64,000 nt of DNA from Candidatus Shapirobacteria bacterium. Its GTDB lineage: Bacteria; Patescibacteriota; Microgenomatia; UBA12405. Under the pieces are notes generated by a model. The model saw only the letters and a list, made by a program, of their open reading frames with translations, was not told where the DNA came from and did no database searches. A program made the position numbers and the translations under genes. Position 1 is the first letter of the stretch. Each line of letters starts with the position of its first letter. Below, piece after piece: positions 8,687 through 19,617 of the stretch. Where the stretch lies: assembly GCA_041659325.1 (NCBI GenBank), contig JBAZYN010000001.1:238819-302818 (forward strand), given 5' to 3'.

Positions 8687-8742
8687 GCCACCCTCCCCGT
8701 TTTCCGTCTGTCATAAGCCGGAAAATCGGGGTTGGTTTTTTT
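8687..8742 (+). terminator. Long interrupted hairpin plus T7 between serS and secA
   Basis: CCCCG 8695-8699 / CGGGG 8727-8731; TTTTCCG 8700-8706 / CGGAAAA 8719-8725; GCCA / TGGT closing pairs; T-run at 8736-8742. Confidence 0.65.
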
Positions 8743-8749
8743 ATAAACT

Positions 8750-11422
8750 ATGCTATCTATTTTCAAAAATCTGTTTGACGATAATCGTCGCCGGGTCAAA
8801 TCATTCGAATCGATAATTTCAGAAATCAATAAGCTAGAGCCCATCATTTCCCAACTCTCAGATAAGGAATTGTCTGAAAAAACCACTTTTTTCAAAGATC
8901 AAATCAATAAAGGCAAAAAGCTAGATGAAATATTACCGGAAGCCTACGCGGTTGTTCGCGAATCAATAAAAAGAACCATCGGAGAAAGGGCATATGATGT
9001 TCAATTATTAGCCGCTATCACCCTCCATCAGGGAGCTATTGCCGAACAAAAAACAGGTGAAGGTAAAACTCACTCCGTTATCTTTCCCGCCTACCTTAAT
9101 GCCCTCACCGGAAAAGGCGTACATATAATTACTCCAAACGATTATTTAACCCGTGTCGGCGCCGGATGGTACCCCAAAGCCCTCCATTTACTGGGTATTA
9201 AAACGGCCTGTATCATCCACGAACAATCATACATTCTGGATCCCTCGTACAAAGATACTACCGAGACTTTTGATGACCGTCTCGCGCATTTAAGACCGAT
9301 CAGCCGACAGGAAGCCTATGCTGCCGATATTACTTATGGGACCAACAATGAATTCGGTTTCGACTATCTCCGTGATCATATGGTCAGTGATCAAAAAGAT
9401 GCCGTTCAGAGTAATCACAACTTTGCCATTGTTGACGAGGTCGACTTCGTTTTAATTGATGAAGCCCGTACCCCTCTAATTATATCTTCCCCAAACAATC
9501 AACCGACCGACAAATACAATAAATTTGCCAAAATAGCCGCTGATTTACAACCGACCGACTATGTAATCGACGAAAAATCAAGGTCAGCCACCCTATCAGA
9601 ATACGGAATTAGAAAAGTTGAAAGAGTAATAGGCGTCACCAACCTCTATGAGGAATCCTTTGAAACCATTCATTACATCGAAAACGCTATCAAAGCGCGG
9701 GCTTTGTTTCACAAAGACAAGGATTATGTCATAAAAGACGGCGAGATAATAATTGTCGACGAGTTCACGGGTAGGTTAATGTATGGTCGCCGATGGTCCG
9801 ATGGTCTTCATCAGGCGGTTGAGGCCAAAGAAGGCGTCACCATACAACGTGAATCACAAACTTGGGCCACCATCACTTTTCAAAACTATTTTCGTCTATA
9901 CGCTAAATTAGCCGGGATGACCGGAACTGCCAATACTGAGGCTGAAGAATTTAAAAAAATATATAACCTTGATGTTGTTTGTATTCCAACCCATCGGCCC
10001 TTAAACCGTACCGATGACCAAGATTTAATTTTCAAAACCCAAAGATCAAAATATGTTGCTATCGGTAACTTAATCGAAGAGCTACACAAAAAGGGCCAAC
10101 CGGTCTTGGTCGGTACCACCTCAATCGAAAAAAATGGAATTATTGATTCGCTCCTGACCAAAAAAGGCATCCCTCACCAACTACTAAACGCCAAAAATCA
10201 CCGCTCCGAGGCAGAAATAATTGCCAAAGCCGGTATAAAAGGTGCTGTCACAGTCGCCACTAACATGGCTGGTAGGGGAGTCGATATCATTTTGGGCGGA
10301 CCAAAAGAAAGTCAGGACCCCAACTCCTGGCAAAAAAATCATGACGAAGTTGTTTCACTTGGCGGGCTATACGTCATTGGCACAGAGAGACATGAGTCGC
10401 GCCGGATCGATAATCAGCTCCGCGGTAGAGCCGGGCGTCAGGGTGATCCTGGTTTTTCCCAATTCCATGTTGCCCTGGATGATGATCTCATGAGAATTTT
10501 TGGTGGAGAAAAAATTAGCAGTATTATGACCCGCTTTAATATGCCCGAAGACACACCACTAACCCATCCCATAGTTTCAAAAGTCATCGAACAAATTCAG
10601 GTAAAAGTGGAAGGTTATAATTTTGATGTCCGCAAAAGCCTGGTTGAATACGACGATGTAATCAACAAACAAAGAAAAATAATTTACGGCCTTCGGGACA
10701 ATACTTTGAAAAGAAGTTACGATAATCCCAATGCAAACAAGGACGAAGTTTTTAAATATCTTACAAATGAAATAAGCCAAATTACTTCAAACCACATGGA
10801 ACCTGAGACCGGAACCTATGATACCGAAAAAATTGTCCTTGAATTCTCCGAAATCCTCCCTATGGACGAAAGGGGTAGGGGCAAAGTAAAAGAACAACTT
10901 GCGAAAACCGATAATTCACAAGATTTTCTCCTTAAACTTCTTGACCATAATTGGAAGGAAAGAGTCAAGTTTTTTGGTGAAAATATCACTAGCTCAATTC
11001 TTACCTATTCAGTTATCTCTACCCTCGATCCGTTATGGGTAGAACATCTAACTGCCCTGGATGAATTGAGAGACGGAGTAAGGCTTCGGGGTTACGCCCA
11101 AAAAGATCCTCTTATTGAATATCGCAAAGAAGGTTATGAAATGTTCCAAAAATTAATGCGCCAGTTTGAATATAATTTAGCTCGAAAAATTTTCCGTCTG
11201 GAGCCTGTCTCCACCAACAATCCTACCGCCCCGCAAAACGCCACCGAACGCCGGGGAGAAGATATCAAAATGTCATCGCCCGTAGTCCAAAACGACTTGC
11301 CACTCACCCAAATGGGAGTCCAAACCGTACCCGTTTCTCCGGCAGGTCCCGGAAGAAACGATCCCTGTCCCTGTGGTAGTGGTAAAAAATACAAAAAATG
11401 CTGTTATCCAAAATTTGGCTAA
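8750..11422 (+). CDS. secA: Preprotein translocase subunit SecA
   Basis: KTGEGKT, VDEVD..LIDEARTPLIIS, ATNMAGRG.DI, HESRRIDNQLRGRAGRQGDPG, C-terminal GRNDPCPCGSGKKYKKCC. Confidence 0.98.
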   Translation: MLSIFKNLFDDNRRRVKSFESIISEINKLEPIISQLSDKELSEKTTFFKDQINKGKKLDEILPEAYAVVRESIKRTIGERAYDVQLLAAITLHQGAIAEQKTGEGKTHSVIFPAYLNALTGKGVHIITPNDYLTRVGAGWYPKALHLLGIKTACIIHEQSYILDPSYKDTTETFDDRLAHLRPISRQEAYAADITYGTNNEFGFDYLRDHMVSDQKDAVQSNHNFAIVDEVDFVLIDEARTPLIISSPNNQPTDKYNKFAKIAADLQPTDYVIDEKSRSATLSEYGIRKVERVIGVTNLYEESFETIHYIENAIKARALFHKDKDYVIKDGEIIIVDEFTGRLMYGRRWSDGLHQAVEAKEGVTIQRESQTWATITFQNYFRLYAKLAGMTGTANTEAEEFKKIYNLDVVCIPTHRPLNRTDDQDLIFKTQRSKYVAIGNLIEELHKKGQPVLVGTTSIEKNGIIDSLLTKKGIPHQLLNAKNHRSEAEIIAKAGIKGAVTVATNMAGRGVDIILGGPKESQDPNSWQKNHDEVVSLGGLYVIGTERHESRRIDNQLRGRAGRQGDPGFSQFHVALDDDLMRIFGGEKISSIMTRFNMPEDTPLTHPIVSKVIEQIQVKVEGYNFDVRKSLVEYDDVINKQRKIIYGLRDNTLKRSYDNPNANKDEVFKYLTNEISQITSNHMEPETGTYDTEKIVLEFSEILPMDERGRGKVKEQLAKTDNSQDFLLKLLDHNWKERVKFFGENITSSILTYSVISTLDPLWVEHLTALDELRDGVRLRGYAQKDPLIEYRKEGYEMFQKLMRQFEYNLARKIFRLEPVSTNNPTAPQNATERRGEDIKMSSPVVQNDLPLTQMGVQTVPVSPAGPGRNDPCPCGSGKKYKKCCYPKFG

Positions 11423-12000
11423 TTTTAAAATTCATACTCATTACTTTCGTTATTTTAACCTCTCCCTGGTTTATACCACAACCACTTACAAACAAAATAT
11501 TTCTGCTTCTTACCACCTTATCGCTTTTTTTCTTTTTCAATTTCAAAACGTCAACACAAAAAATTATATTTCTCATCTGCTTTTTCGTTCTAGTTTATAT
11601 CCAAGTATCATCAACAGATATTGCAAATACATACAATTTTACCGACCATCAAAAATACATATACCAAAACCGGCTTAACCAATATCCCCCCTCTTTAGCC
11701 AGATTGGGTAACATTTTAGAAAATCGGCTTGACTCCCCAATAATCTATCGCTTACGCCAAAATTTCTTTGACAGTCTTGATCTTGTTAATTATTTTAAAA
11801 ACCTCTTTCTACCAACTTTATTCATCCCCTTTGTAATCGGTTTTAATAAATTTCTTAAACGCCCAAACAAGTTTATCGCTACTACAGCCGTCATTTCTAT
11901 CCTCCTACTGACAATAACTGGCCCCAATGGCTCCTACGGACCGCTTCTCATGTTTCCCTTCATTACTATAATAATTTCTCGCTACTCTCTTGAAAAATAA
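11398..12000 (+). CDS. Membrane protein resembling a miniaturised GT-C paralog
   Basis: Several TM segments; TSPW and RLGNILENR...RLRQNFFDSLD resemble the central loop of the DE-type GT-Cs. No catalytic DE loop. Confidence 0.6.
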   Translation: MLLSKIWLILKFILITFVILTSPWFIPQPLTNKIFLLLTTLSLFFFFNFKTSTQKIIFLICFFVLVYIQVSSTDIANTYNFTDHQKYIYQNRLNQYPPSLARLGNILENRLDSPIIYRLRQNFFDSLDLVNYFKNLFLPTLFIPFVIGFNKFLKRPNKFIATTAVISILLLTITGPNGSYGPLLMFPFITIIISRYSLEK

Positions 12001-13459
12001 ATTATTTTTATCAGCAATTCTCTTGTTCAGTTTCTTTCTGTATTCATATAAACTCAGCCAAATCCCTTCCGTCTATGTCGACGAGGCTGTAACCGGCTAC
12101 AATGCCTACTCAATACTAAAAACAGGAAAGGATGAAAATGGGAAATTATTCCCTATATATTTTCGTTTTTTCAACGCCTATTCTCCCGGTCTCTACACCT
12201 ATTCTATAGTTCCGCTTATAAAACTTTTTGGCCTCAACCCATTTTCTGTCCGCTTACTTTCAGTATTTTCCGGAGTTGTCTCGGTTTATATCTTTTACCG
12301 TTTAGTATTTATATTTTTAAAATCGGAAAAAAAATCATTAATAACCACCTCCTTTTATGCCATTCTCCCCTGGACTATCTTTAACAGTCGTCTCGGGTAC
12401 GAGGTTATGTATGCCGCCGCCATCTTTAACACCGGTGCTTATCTTGTATTTAAACTCCTACCAAATATTTCAAATCTCGGTCTTCTCCTAATCAGCCTAT
12501 CTACCTATGCTTCCCACAACCAGCGATACTTAGCACCTTTATTCATCATCGGCTATTTCATAATTATCAAGACCCCCAAAATAAAAACCCTGCTTATGCT
12601 TCTAATTTCTCAAATCCCGAATCTAATCTTGATGTTTACTCCTGCTTTCTGGGTAAAAAACAGTATCTTTTCCCTGAAATATATACTTTTACAAATTATC
12701 ACCTATATTTCGCCCAAGACCCTTTTTTTCGAACTACCCGATATTGATTTACAACACCAGATTCCCAAAATCTCCCTCCTTTATTGGTGGATGATAATCC
12801 CCTTAGTAACCGGTCTGAAAAAATTGACGCCCAGAACTCTAAAAGAACATCGCCTGCTAATTTTTTGGGCAATTATTTCTCTGGTTCCGGCTTCATTGAG
12901 CGGAGAATTTATATCCATCCAAAGGGCACTGCCTTTTCTTTTCCCCATCAGCCTAATCATCTCTTTGGGCCTTTCCCAAATTAATAGAACACTTCTACTA
13001 ATAGCATTCCCATATTCATTAGCCCTATTTCTTCGGTCATATTTTATATTTCTCCCAAAAGAGTTGGCCTTATCCTGGAATGAGGGATATCGTCAGCTTT
13101 CAGAATTTTCTCTTTCACATGGCCATGAAACAATTCTCGTCGACAATAGCCGCAACATCCGAAACTATATCCTACCGCTTTTTTATCAGAAATATGACCC
13201 AACTCTATATCAGCAATCGCTGGGAAAGAGTATTTCCTCACGTTATTACCAGGTACCACCTCAACTAAGCACCTACCATTATGGCAGTTTAACTTTTGCT
13301 CCAATAGATTGGAGCCAAATAGAAAATTATGACTATATTGTTTCCGATAGTTTATCTGTTTCGTCTGATCAGGCCCGAGAGCACAATCTTGTACTTTTTG
13401 AAACTATACTGACTCAAAACCACCAAATCTCCCAAGAAATATACAAGGTGGTAAAATAA
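11990..13459 (+). CDS. GT-C glycosyltransferase (ArnT/PMT-like, DE type)
   Basis: VDEAVTGYNAYSILKTGKDENG, FGLN.FSVRL; multi-pass membrane protein; TTG start. Confidence 0.85.
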   Translation: MKNKLFLSAILLFSFFLYSYKLSQIPSVYVDEAVTGYNAYSILKTGKDENGKLFPIYFRFFNAYSPGLYTYSIVPLIKLFGLNPFSVRLLSVFSGVVSVYIFYRLVFIFLKSEKKSLITTSFYAILPWTIFNSRLGYEVMYAAAIFNTGAYLVFKLLPNISNLGLLLISLSTYASHNQRYLAPLFIIGYFIIIKTPKIKTLLMLLISQIPNLILMFTPAFWVKNSIFSLKYILLQIITYISPKTLFFELPDIDLQHQIPKISLLYWWMIIPLVTGLKKLTPRTLKEHRLLIFWAIISLVPASLSGEFISIQRALPFLFPISLIISLGLSQINRTLLLIAFPYSLALFLRSYFIFLPKELALSWNEGYRQLSEFSLSHGHETILVDNSRNIRNYILPLFYQKYDPTLYQQSLGKSISSRYYQVPPQLSTYHYGSLTFAPIDWSQIENYDYIVSDSLSVSSDQAREHNLVLFETILTQNHQISQEIYKVVK

Positions 13460-13465
13460 CAACCA

Positions 13466-14476
13466 GTGATTGATTACAAAAAGCCGTCATCAGAGATTCT
13501 AAGGGCAATAAAAAAGTCCAAACAAATTCTTCTTCATCTCCATCGTGGCCCCGACGGGGATAGTGTCGGAAGTGCCTTAGCCATGATGCACTACCTTACC
13601 TCCATTGGCAAAAAAGTTACCTTAATTAGCGGCGATTCTGACCCTCCGACCTATCTTTCTTCTCTCCCTGGTTTTAAAAAAATTAAAAACCAAAGTTTTC
13701 AGAAAACAAACCTAAAAAAATATGATTTATTTATCATCTTAGATTCCGGTGATCTAAACCAAATATCCAGTATTAGTGAAATTATTTTTCCAAAAAGTTT
13801 AAACACTGTCACTATTGACCACCACCATGCCAATCCCGGATATGCCAACATCAATCTTGTCGATAAAGACGCCCCTGCTACCTGCCAAATTATCTATAAA
13901 TTGTTCAAACTTTGGAAATTTGATATCACTCCGGAAATCGCTGTTTGTTTATATATCGGAATTTATCAGGACACCATGTTTAAATATCCAGGTACTTCAT
14001 ACATTACTTTTGAGATATGTGCCCACCTTACAAAACTCTATCCTGATTTCACCAAAATAGTTTTTGATATGGAAAACAGTAATCACCCTTCAAGGTTAAA
14101 GTTGCAGGGCATCGCCCTTAACTCGATCGAAACATATCTTGACGACCACCTTGCAATAAGTTCTATCTCCAATCAGGATATCGTGAACAATTCATTTACC
14201 ACCACCAACATTAGCGGAAACGAGATGGCCAATATTCTAAGATCTGTAACCGGTTGGACAATCTCTGCCCACATTATTGAATATCAACCAAACCATTGCA
14301 AGATCAGTCTCCGAACCAGAAATTCAGACAAATATGACGTCAGTAAAATCGCTATGGCAGTTGGAGTCGGAGGTGGACACAAAGCCTCTTCAGGGTCTAC
14401 TGTTGATCTTCCTCTCCCTGAAACCAAAAAACTCCTAGTTGATACTGTCAAAAAAATTTATCCTCGGCTTAAATAA
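13466..14476 (+). CDS. nrnA: DHH/DHHA1 phosphoesterase (NrnA-like nanoRNase/pAp phosphatase)
   Basis: H..PDGDSVGS, ILDSG, IDHH, GIYQDT, SLR, GGGH. Confidence 0.88.
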   Translation: MIDYKKPSSEILRAIKKSKQILLHLHRGPDGDSVGSALAMMHYLTSIGKKVTLISGDSDPPTYLSSLPGFKKIKNQSFQKTNLKKYDLFIILDSGDLNQISSISEIIFPKSLNTVTIDHHHANPGYANINLVDKDAPATCQIIYKLFKLWKFDITPEIAVCLYIGIYQDTMFKYPGTSYITFEICAHLTKLYPDFTKIVFDMENSNHPSRLKLQGIALNSIETYLDDHLAISSISNQDIVNNSFTTTNISGNEMANILRSVTGWTISAHIIEYQPNHCKISLRTRNSDKYDVSKIAMAVGVGGGHKASSGSTVDLPLPETKKLLVDTVKKIYPRLK

Positions 14477-14479
14477 CCG

Positions 14480-16321
14480 TTACCGGCCATGCCTTTCCGC
14501 TCTCACCCGATCAACTTTTGTTAAGTATCGTTTTCTTAATCTGATATTTTTGGGTGTGACGTCTATCAGCTCATCACTATTGATAAAATCCAAGCTTTCT
14601 TCAATACTGTATTTGACCGCCGGTGCTAAAATGATTGCCTCATCGTTTCCCGAAGACCTCATATTTGTTAGTTGTTTTCCCTTGCACACATTAATCTCTA
14701 AGTCTCCCACCACAGGGCGGACCCCACAAACTTGCCCTTCATATACCGGTTCAGTCGGACCTACAAAGGTAACTCCTCTTTTCTGCGCTAGGTCAAGTCC
14801 AAAAGACAATGCTTTACCGCCTTCAGAAGCAATCATTGCCCCATTTCTCGACCGAGGGATTTCTTCACCCTTGACCTCGTAACCCAAAAATATCGTATTA
14901 ATAGAAGCCAACCCTTTTGTTTCCGTCATCAAAGCACTTCTCAAACCCAAACCATTTTTTTCACTTATCTTATAAACCATTTTTAGGTTACCTTTTTGAT
15001 CCGTAACCATATCAAGCATTTTGGCTTTTCTTTTACCAAGTTCTGCCGTAATCACACCCACATAGTCCTCAGGTGTCAAAATAGTCAGTTCGTTATATGG
15101 TTCACTCGTTTTACCGTCAATAGTCTTATAAATCACCTCGGGTTTACCCACCTCCATTGCGTATCCCTCACGGCGCAATTTTTCAATCAATATTGCCAGG
15201 TGCAATTCTCCTCTTCCGGAAACCAACACCCTGATACTGTCATCCGGGTCATCTTCGATTTTTAGTCCCAAATTGGTCTCAACCTCTTCGCGCAACCTGG
15301 CTTTCAATTCTCGGCTGGTTAGATATTTCGATTCATCTCTGGCAAAAACAGATGTATTGGGGCCAAAACTGGCTTTAATGGTCGGTTCGGTTACCACAAT
15401 TTCCGGCAAAGCAACCTGAAAATTAGGACTGGTTATGGTTTGCCCAATTTCAAGTTCATTAATCCCGGCCAGATATATAACTTCACCACTACCGGCCAAA
15501 TCATTTTCAACTTTTACGATACCTTCGTTGACATACATCCGCTCAACCTTATAATTTCCCAAAACTTTCTGATCCGGTTTAACCAAGGAGACGTAACTAC
15601 CTTTTTTTATTATCCCCTGATTAATCCTCCCCACCGCCAATCTCCCCAAATACTCATTTCTCTCAAACGCCGAAACCAACATCTGAAATGGCTTATCGGA
15701 ATTCCTGACCGCAGACGGAAAATACTCAATAATTGTTTCAAATAACGGTCCGACATCGCCGGGTTGGTCAAAACTATCCGGTATCTCTTTCCAGGTTTTC
15801 CCGTCTCTTCCGACAGCATAAATAATCGGAAAGTCCAAAAGATCCAAATCAGCTGCCAGCGATAAAAATAAATTTTCGGTATCAGCCACCACTTCTTTCA
15901 CCCTGGCGTCTTTTCTGTCAATCTTATTTATCACCAATATTACTTTCAACCCATAGTCCAAAGCTCTTTTCAAAACAAATTTGGTCTGCGACAGGGGACC
16001 CTCAGCCGCGTCAACAATTAAAAGCACTCCATCTGCCATATTAAGAACCCGTTCAACCTCGCCCCCAAAGTCGGCATGTCCCGGAGTATCGATTATGTTG
16101 ATTTTTATATCTTTATAGAAAACAGAGGTATTCTTTGACAAAATTGTAATTCCCTTCTCCCTCTCCAAATCATTGCTATCCATAATCCTGTCTATATTCA
16201 TTTCCTCCTGATTATCACGAAAAGTATGGGTTTGTTTCAACATCGCATCCACCAGAGTTGTCTTACCATGATCGACATGGGCAATAACGGCAACATTTCT
16301 GATATCACTAAATTTTGGCAT
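14480..16321 (-). CDS. typA: Translational GTPase TypA/BipA
   Basis: [61 protein letters not shown]. Confidence 0.97.
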   Translation of the reverse strand: MPKFSDIRNVAVIAHVDHGKTTLVDAMLKQTHTFRDNQEEMNIDRIMDSNDLEREKGITILSKNTSVFYKDIKINIIDTPGHADFGGEVERVLNMADGVLLIVDAAEGPLSQTKFVLKRALDYGLKVILVINKIDRKDARVKEVVADTENLFLSLAADLDLLDFPIIYAVGRDGKTWKEIPDSFDQPGDVGPLFETIIEYFPSAVRNSDKPFQMLVSAFERNEYLGRLAVGRINQGIIKKGSYVSLVKPDQKVLGNYKVERMYVNEGIVKVENDLAGSGEVIYLAGINELEIGQTITSPNFQVALPEIVVTEPTIKASFGPNTSVFARDESKYLTSRELKARLREEVETNLGLKIEDDPDDSIRVLVSGRGELHLAILIEKLRREGYAMEVGKPEVIYKTIDGKTSEPYNELTILTPEDYVGVITAELGKRKAKMLDMVTDQKGNLKMVYKISEKNGLGLRSALMTETKGLASINTIFLGYEVKGEEIPRSRNGAMIASEGGKALSFGLDLAQKRGVTFVGPTEPVYEGQVCGVRPVVGDLEINVCKGKQLTNMRSSGNDEAIILAPAVKYSIEESLDFINSDELIDVTPKNIRLRKRYLTKVDRVRAERHGR

Positions 16322-16379
16322 TCGTACATTATACCCCCAAAAACATGTTTTTACTCATATTAGGGGTTAAAATATACCA

Positions 16380-17138
16380 ATGACACTAAAAAAAATTACC
16401 ATTGGTTTATTTATCCTAATTTTATCCTGCATTAGTTGGCTAATTTTTGAAAACCCGACACGTTTTGAACAAAAATTTTCAAACACCGCCACAATTGTAG
16501 AAAATACCATCGACACCATTGCGCCCAAACCAACCAAAATCCTTAAAGACGGTCTACCAAACAGATATCTGATAGAAGCCCCCTTTGTCGAACAGGCACC
16601 GGAAAAAAACTGGGATCAACCCTGGCAGGATGCCTGCGAAGAAGCCGGGCTTCTCACCGTTGATTACTTTTACAAAAATATTACCCCCTCCCCCCAGGAT
16701 ATTAAGCAATCGATCCTTGACATGATTGACTACGAAAAACTCCAGAAGTGGAAAATAGACATAAATATCAACCAAATGCAACAAATTTCTGAAAAATATT
16801 TGGGCTATAACTCCGAAATTCTTATTAATCCAAGTGTTGAGGAAATAAAAAAATACATATCCAAAAATATTCCCATAGTTGTTCCCGCAAACGGTAAAAC
16901 CCTTTATCGGGAAAACAAACATTTTAAAAATGGTGGTCCGGAATATCACGTTGTTGTAATTCTAGGGTATAACGACGACAAATCTCAATTTACTGTACAC
17001 GATGTCGGTACTCAATTTGGAAAATATTTCCGTTACTCGTATAACCTACTTTTAGAGGCCAATCATAATCTCCCCGAATCAGGGAACAAAAAAGAAATTG
17101 ATTCCGGAAGCAAAGAAATGCTAATTCTGTTAAAATAA
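16380..17138 (+). CDS. Membrane-anchored C39-like cysteine peptidase
   Basis: N-terminal TM; PF..QAP...W..PWQDACEEA (Cys), YHVVVILGY (His), VHD (Asp). Confidence 0.75.
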   Translation: MTLKKITIGLFILILSCISWLIFENPTRFEQKFSNTATIVENTIDTIAPKPTKILKDGLPNRYLIEAPFVEQAPEKNWDQPWQDACEEAGLLTVDYFYKNITPSPQDIKQSILDMIDYEKLQKWKIDININQMQQISEKYLGYNSEILINPSVEEIKKYISKNIPIVVPANGKTLYRENKHFKNGGPEYHVVVILGYNDDKSQFTVHDVGTQFGKYFRYSYNLLLEANHNLPESGNKKEIDSGSKEMLILLK

Positions 17139-17142
17139 CCCC

Positions 17143-17748
17143 ATGAACAAATTTTTAAGATTATTTTGTACCTCTTTTGTTATAATTTCCGCAACTTTAT
17201 TATTTTCTGCCTGTTCTCTCAAAAAAGAAGAAACAAACCCACTCCCTATGAACCAAGACGACCAAAATCAAGTTACCCCAAATATTTCACCGACTAATAC
17301 GGGAATATCTCAGGATGAGACCATTGTCGGGCTAAATACAAAATACGGCCAGATAGTAATTAAGCTTTATCAAAAAGAGGCTCCCAATACCGTCGCAAAC
17401 TTTCTTAAAAAAGTTGAAAGCGGTGCCTACAATGGTCTTACTTTCCATCGGGTTGAGCCGGGATTTGTAGTCCAGGGTGGTGATCCTGCCGGAAACGGAA
17501 CAGGCGGGGGAACCCAAACCTCAGAAATAAATACCTTGCCGTTCAAACGCGGATCAGTCGGCCTGGCCAGAGGTCCGATAAAAGAAAATTCAAATGATAG
17601 CCAATTTTATATATGTCTATCAGACGAATCATGTAGCCACCTTACTGGCGAATACGTCAACTTCGGAGAAGTAATTACCGGTATGGAATTTGTAGACAGC
17701 ATCCGCGTCGGTGACAAAATAATAGATCTTTCTTCTCACACCAAATGA
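17143..17748 (+). CDS. Cyclophilin-type peptidyl-prolyl isomerase, lipoprotein
   Basis: Lipobox LFSAC; APNTVANF, FHRVEPGFVVQGGDP.G.GTGG, SQFYI, FGEV..GM. Confidence 0.92.
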   Translation: MNKFLRLFCTSFVIISATLLFSACSLKKEETNPLPMNQDDQNQVTPNISPTNTGISQDETIVGLNTKYGQIVIKLYQKEAPNTVANFLKKVESGAYNGLTFHRVEPGFVVQGGDPAGNGTGGGTQTSEINTLPFKRGSVGLARGPIKENSNDSQFYICLSDESCSHLTGEYVNFGEVITGMEFVDSIRVGDKIIDLSSHTK

Positions 17749-18128
17749 AACCACTTATCCCATTCATTCTCATAGTTGTAGCAATTTTTGGATACTTCAA
17801 ATTTTTTAGCCCGAAAAAACCTACCGTTTCAGGTAGTACGGTTACCAACCCCGACCTGATTCTTTACTGGGGAGAAGGCTGTTCCCACTGTGAAAATTTA
17901 AAAAAATATATTACTGACAACAAAATCGAAGAAAGACTCAAAATCGAATACAAAGAAATATGGAAAAACGAATCCAATCTAAACGATCTAAAAGAAACCA
18001 TAAAATCATGTCCGGAAATTGATCCCTCCGCAGGAATTGGCGTCCCTCTGGTCTTTTTTACTTCAGAGAAAAAATGCATTCTCGGCGATACTCCGACAAT
18101 CGACAAGATTGAGCAAATGATAAAATAA
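17745..18128 (+). CDS. Membrane-anchored thioredoxin/glutaredoxin-fold protein
   Basis: TM anchor, CSHC motif, cis-Pro-like GVP, GD, and a second Cys pair. Confidence 0.72.
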   Translation: MKPLIPFILIVVAIFGYFKFFSPKKPTVSGSTVTNPDLILYWGEGCSHCENLKKYITDNKIEERLKIEYKEIWKNESNLNDLKETIKSCPEIDPSAGIGVPLVFFTSEKKCILGDTPTIDKIEQMIK

Positions 18129-18131
18129 ACT

Positions 18132-18545
18132 GTGGTAAAAAATACCCGGGTAAAAAAATATCATTTTTCCTTCCAAACTGTCATTAGACTCACTATCTTT
18201 TTATTGTTTATATATTTTATAATCACCCAAATTTCCAAGCAAAAACTTCCTGTCGACATGACTTTTAATTCAACCATTCTCGGCGAAAAAACGTCATCAC
18301 CATCAGCTCAATTATTTCTGAAAAACACTTTCGACATCGTCTACGATAAACTTCCTCCAAAAAGTCAGGAGACCATTAATAATCTCGATAATAACCCCCT
18401 AATCACTACTATTCAGGAAAAACTTGATTATGTAAAAAAAGAATCACTAAATTTTCCCCAAAAACAAATAAATGAGATCAAAAAATCCATAATAAATTCC
18501 ATTTATAAAAACATAATGGAAAGCATTAATACCGAAAAACAATGA
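18132..18545 (+). CDS. Hypothetical single-pass membrane protein
   Basis: GTG start, one TM segment, helical tail; overlaps the prfB start. Confidence 0.7.
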   Translation: MVKNTRVKKYHFSFQTVIRLTIFLLFIYFIITQISKQKLPVDMTFNSTILGEKTSSPSAQLFLKNTFDIVYDKLPPKSQETINNLDNNPLITTIQEKLDYVKKESLNFPQKQINEIKKSIINSIYKNIMESINTEKQ

Positions 18546-19615
18546 TCGATACCACTCAGCTAATTAATAAAATCGAACTTCTAAAAAATAAACTAAAAAT
18601 AGAAGACAAAAAGGAAAATCTCCGTGACCTCAAAAAACTTTCTGAAGACGCCACCCTTTGGTCTGATCCCCATAAAGCTGCCAATTTGATGCAACAAATT
18701 TCAGCCATCCAAAAAACCATCGACCTCGTTTTCGATATCGAATCTGGGATCAAAGAACTGTCTGAATATCAAAAACTTTTTGAAAGTCAGCCGGATGCCA
18801 CCCTCGTCGGCGAACTCAACACACTTTTCGATGAACTGGAGAAAAAAATCAATACCTTGGAGTTGGAAACATTTCTTTCCGGAAAATATGATCCAAACGA
18901 TGCTATCGTCTCTATCCATTCCGGCCAGGGGGGGACAGAGGCCATGGACTGGGCCTCCATTCTGCAACGAATGTATATGAGATTTTTTGAAAGAAGAGGA
19001 TGGAAGTTTGAAGTTCTTGACTACACCCCGGGAGACGAAGCCGGAATCAAATCAATTTTTTTCAAAGTCACTGCCCCCTATGCTTTTGGATATCTCCGGA
19101 GAGAATCAGGGGTACATCGTCTAGTTAGGCTATCACCATTCAATGCCGACAGCCTTCGCCAAACCTCATTTGCGAAAGTCGAGGTTAGCCCAATAATTAC
19201 CGACAGTCAGGACTTCAAAATTAATCCCGAAGAAATCGAATTTGCCGCATATCGATCGGGGGGACACGGTGGACAAAATGTTAACAAAGTTAGTACCGCT
19301 GTCAGACTCGTCCACAAAACAACCGGAATCGCCGTCTCCTGCCAAAGCCAACGATCTCAGGAACAAAATCGCAACATGGCTCTTGAAATGCTAACCTCCA
19401 AACTCTGGGCGATAGAAGAGGAAAAACAACAACAGGAAAAAAAAGAATATAAAGGGGAAAACGTATTAGCCGGTTGGGGACATCAAATTCGATCATATGT
19501 TCTCCACCCATATAAAATGGTAAAAGATCTCCGTACCAGATATGAAACATCGGATACTGTAAGTGTATTAGATGGCAACCTCGACGATTTTATCGGAGCA
19601 GAACTAAGACTATAA
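18542..19615 (+). CDS. prfB: Peptide chain release factor 2 (no programmed frameshift)
   Basis: [21 protein letters not shown] (SPF specificity motif), [19 protein letters not shown]. Confidence 0.96.
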   Translation: MIDTTQLINKIELLKNKLKIEDKKENLRDLKKLSEDATLWSDPHKAANLMQQISAIQKTIDLVFDIESGIKELSEYQKLFESQPDATLVGELNTLFDELEKKINTLELETFLSGKYDPNDAIVSIHSGQGGTEAMDWASILQRMYMRFFERRGWKFEVLDYTPGDEAGIKSIFFKVTAPYAFGYLRRESGVHRLVRLSPFNADSLRQTSFAKVEVSPIITDSQDFKINPEEIEFAAYRSGGHGGQNVNKVSTAVRLVHKTTGIAVSCQSQRSQEQNRNMALEMLTSKLWAIEEEKQQQEKKEYKGENVLAGWGHQIRSYVLHPYKMVKDLRTRYETSDTVSVLDGNLDDFIGAELRL

Positions 19616-19617
19616 AC

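Noticed and set aside
14439-15819. Antisense and alternative-frame ORFs over typA, and similar short ORFs throughout the track
   Set aside because: They are shadows of well-conserved genes, with no motifs or independent start signals.
18542-18640. Programmed +1 frameshift in prfB
   Set aside because: The ORF is continuous for 357 aa with no CTT-TGA site; frameshift-free prfB is common.
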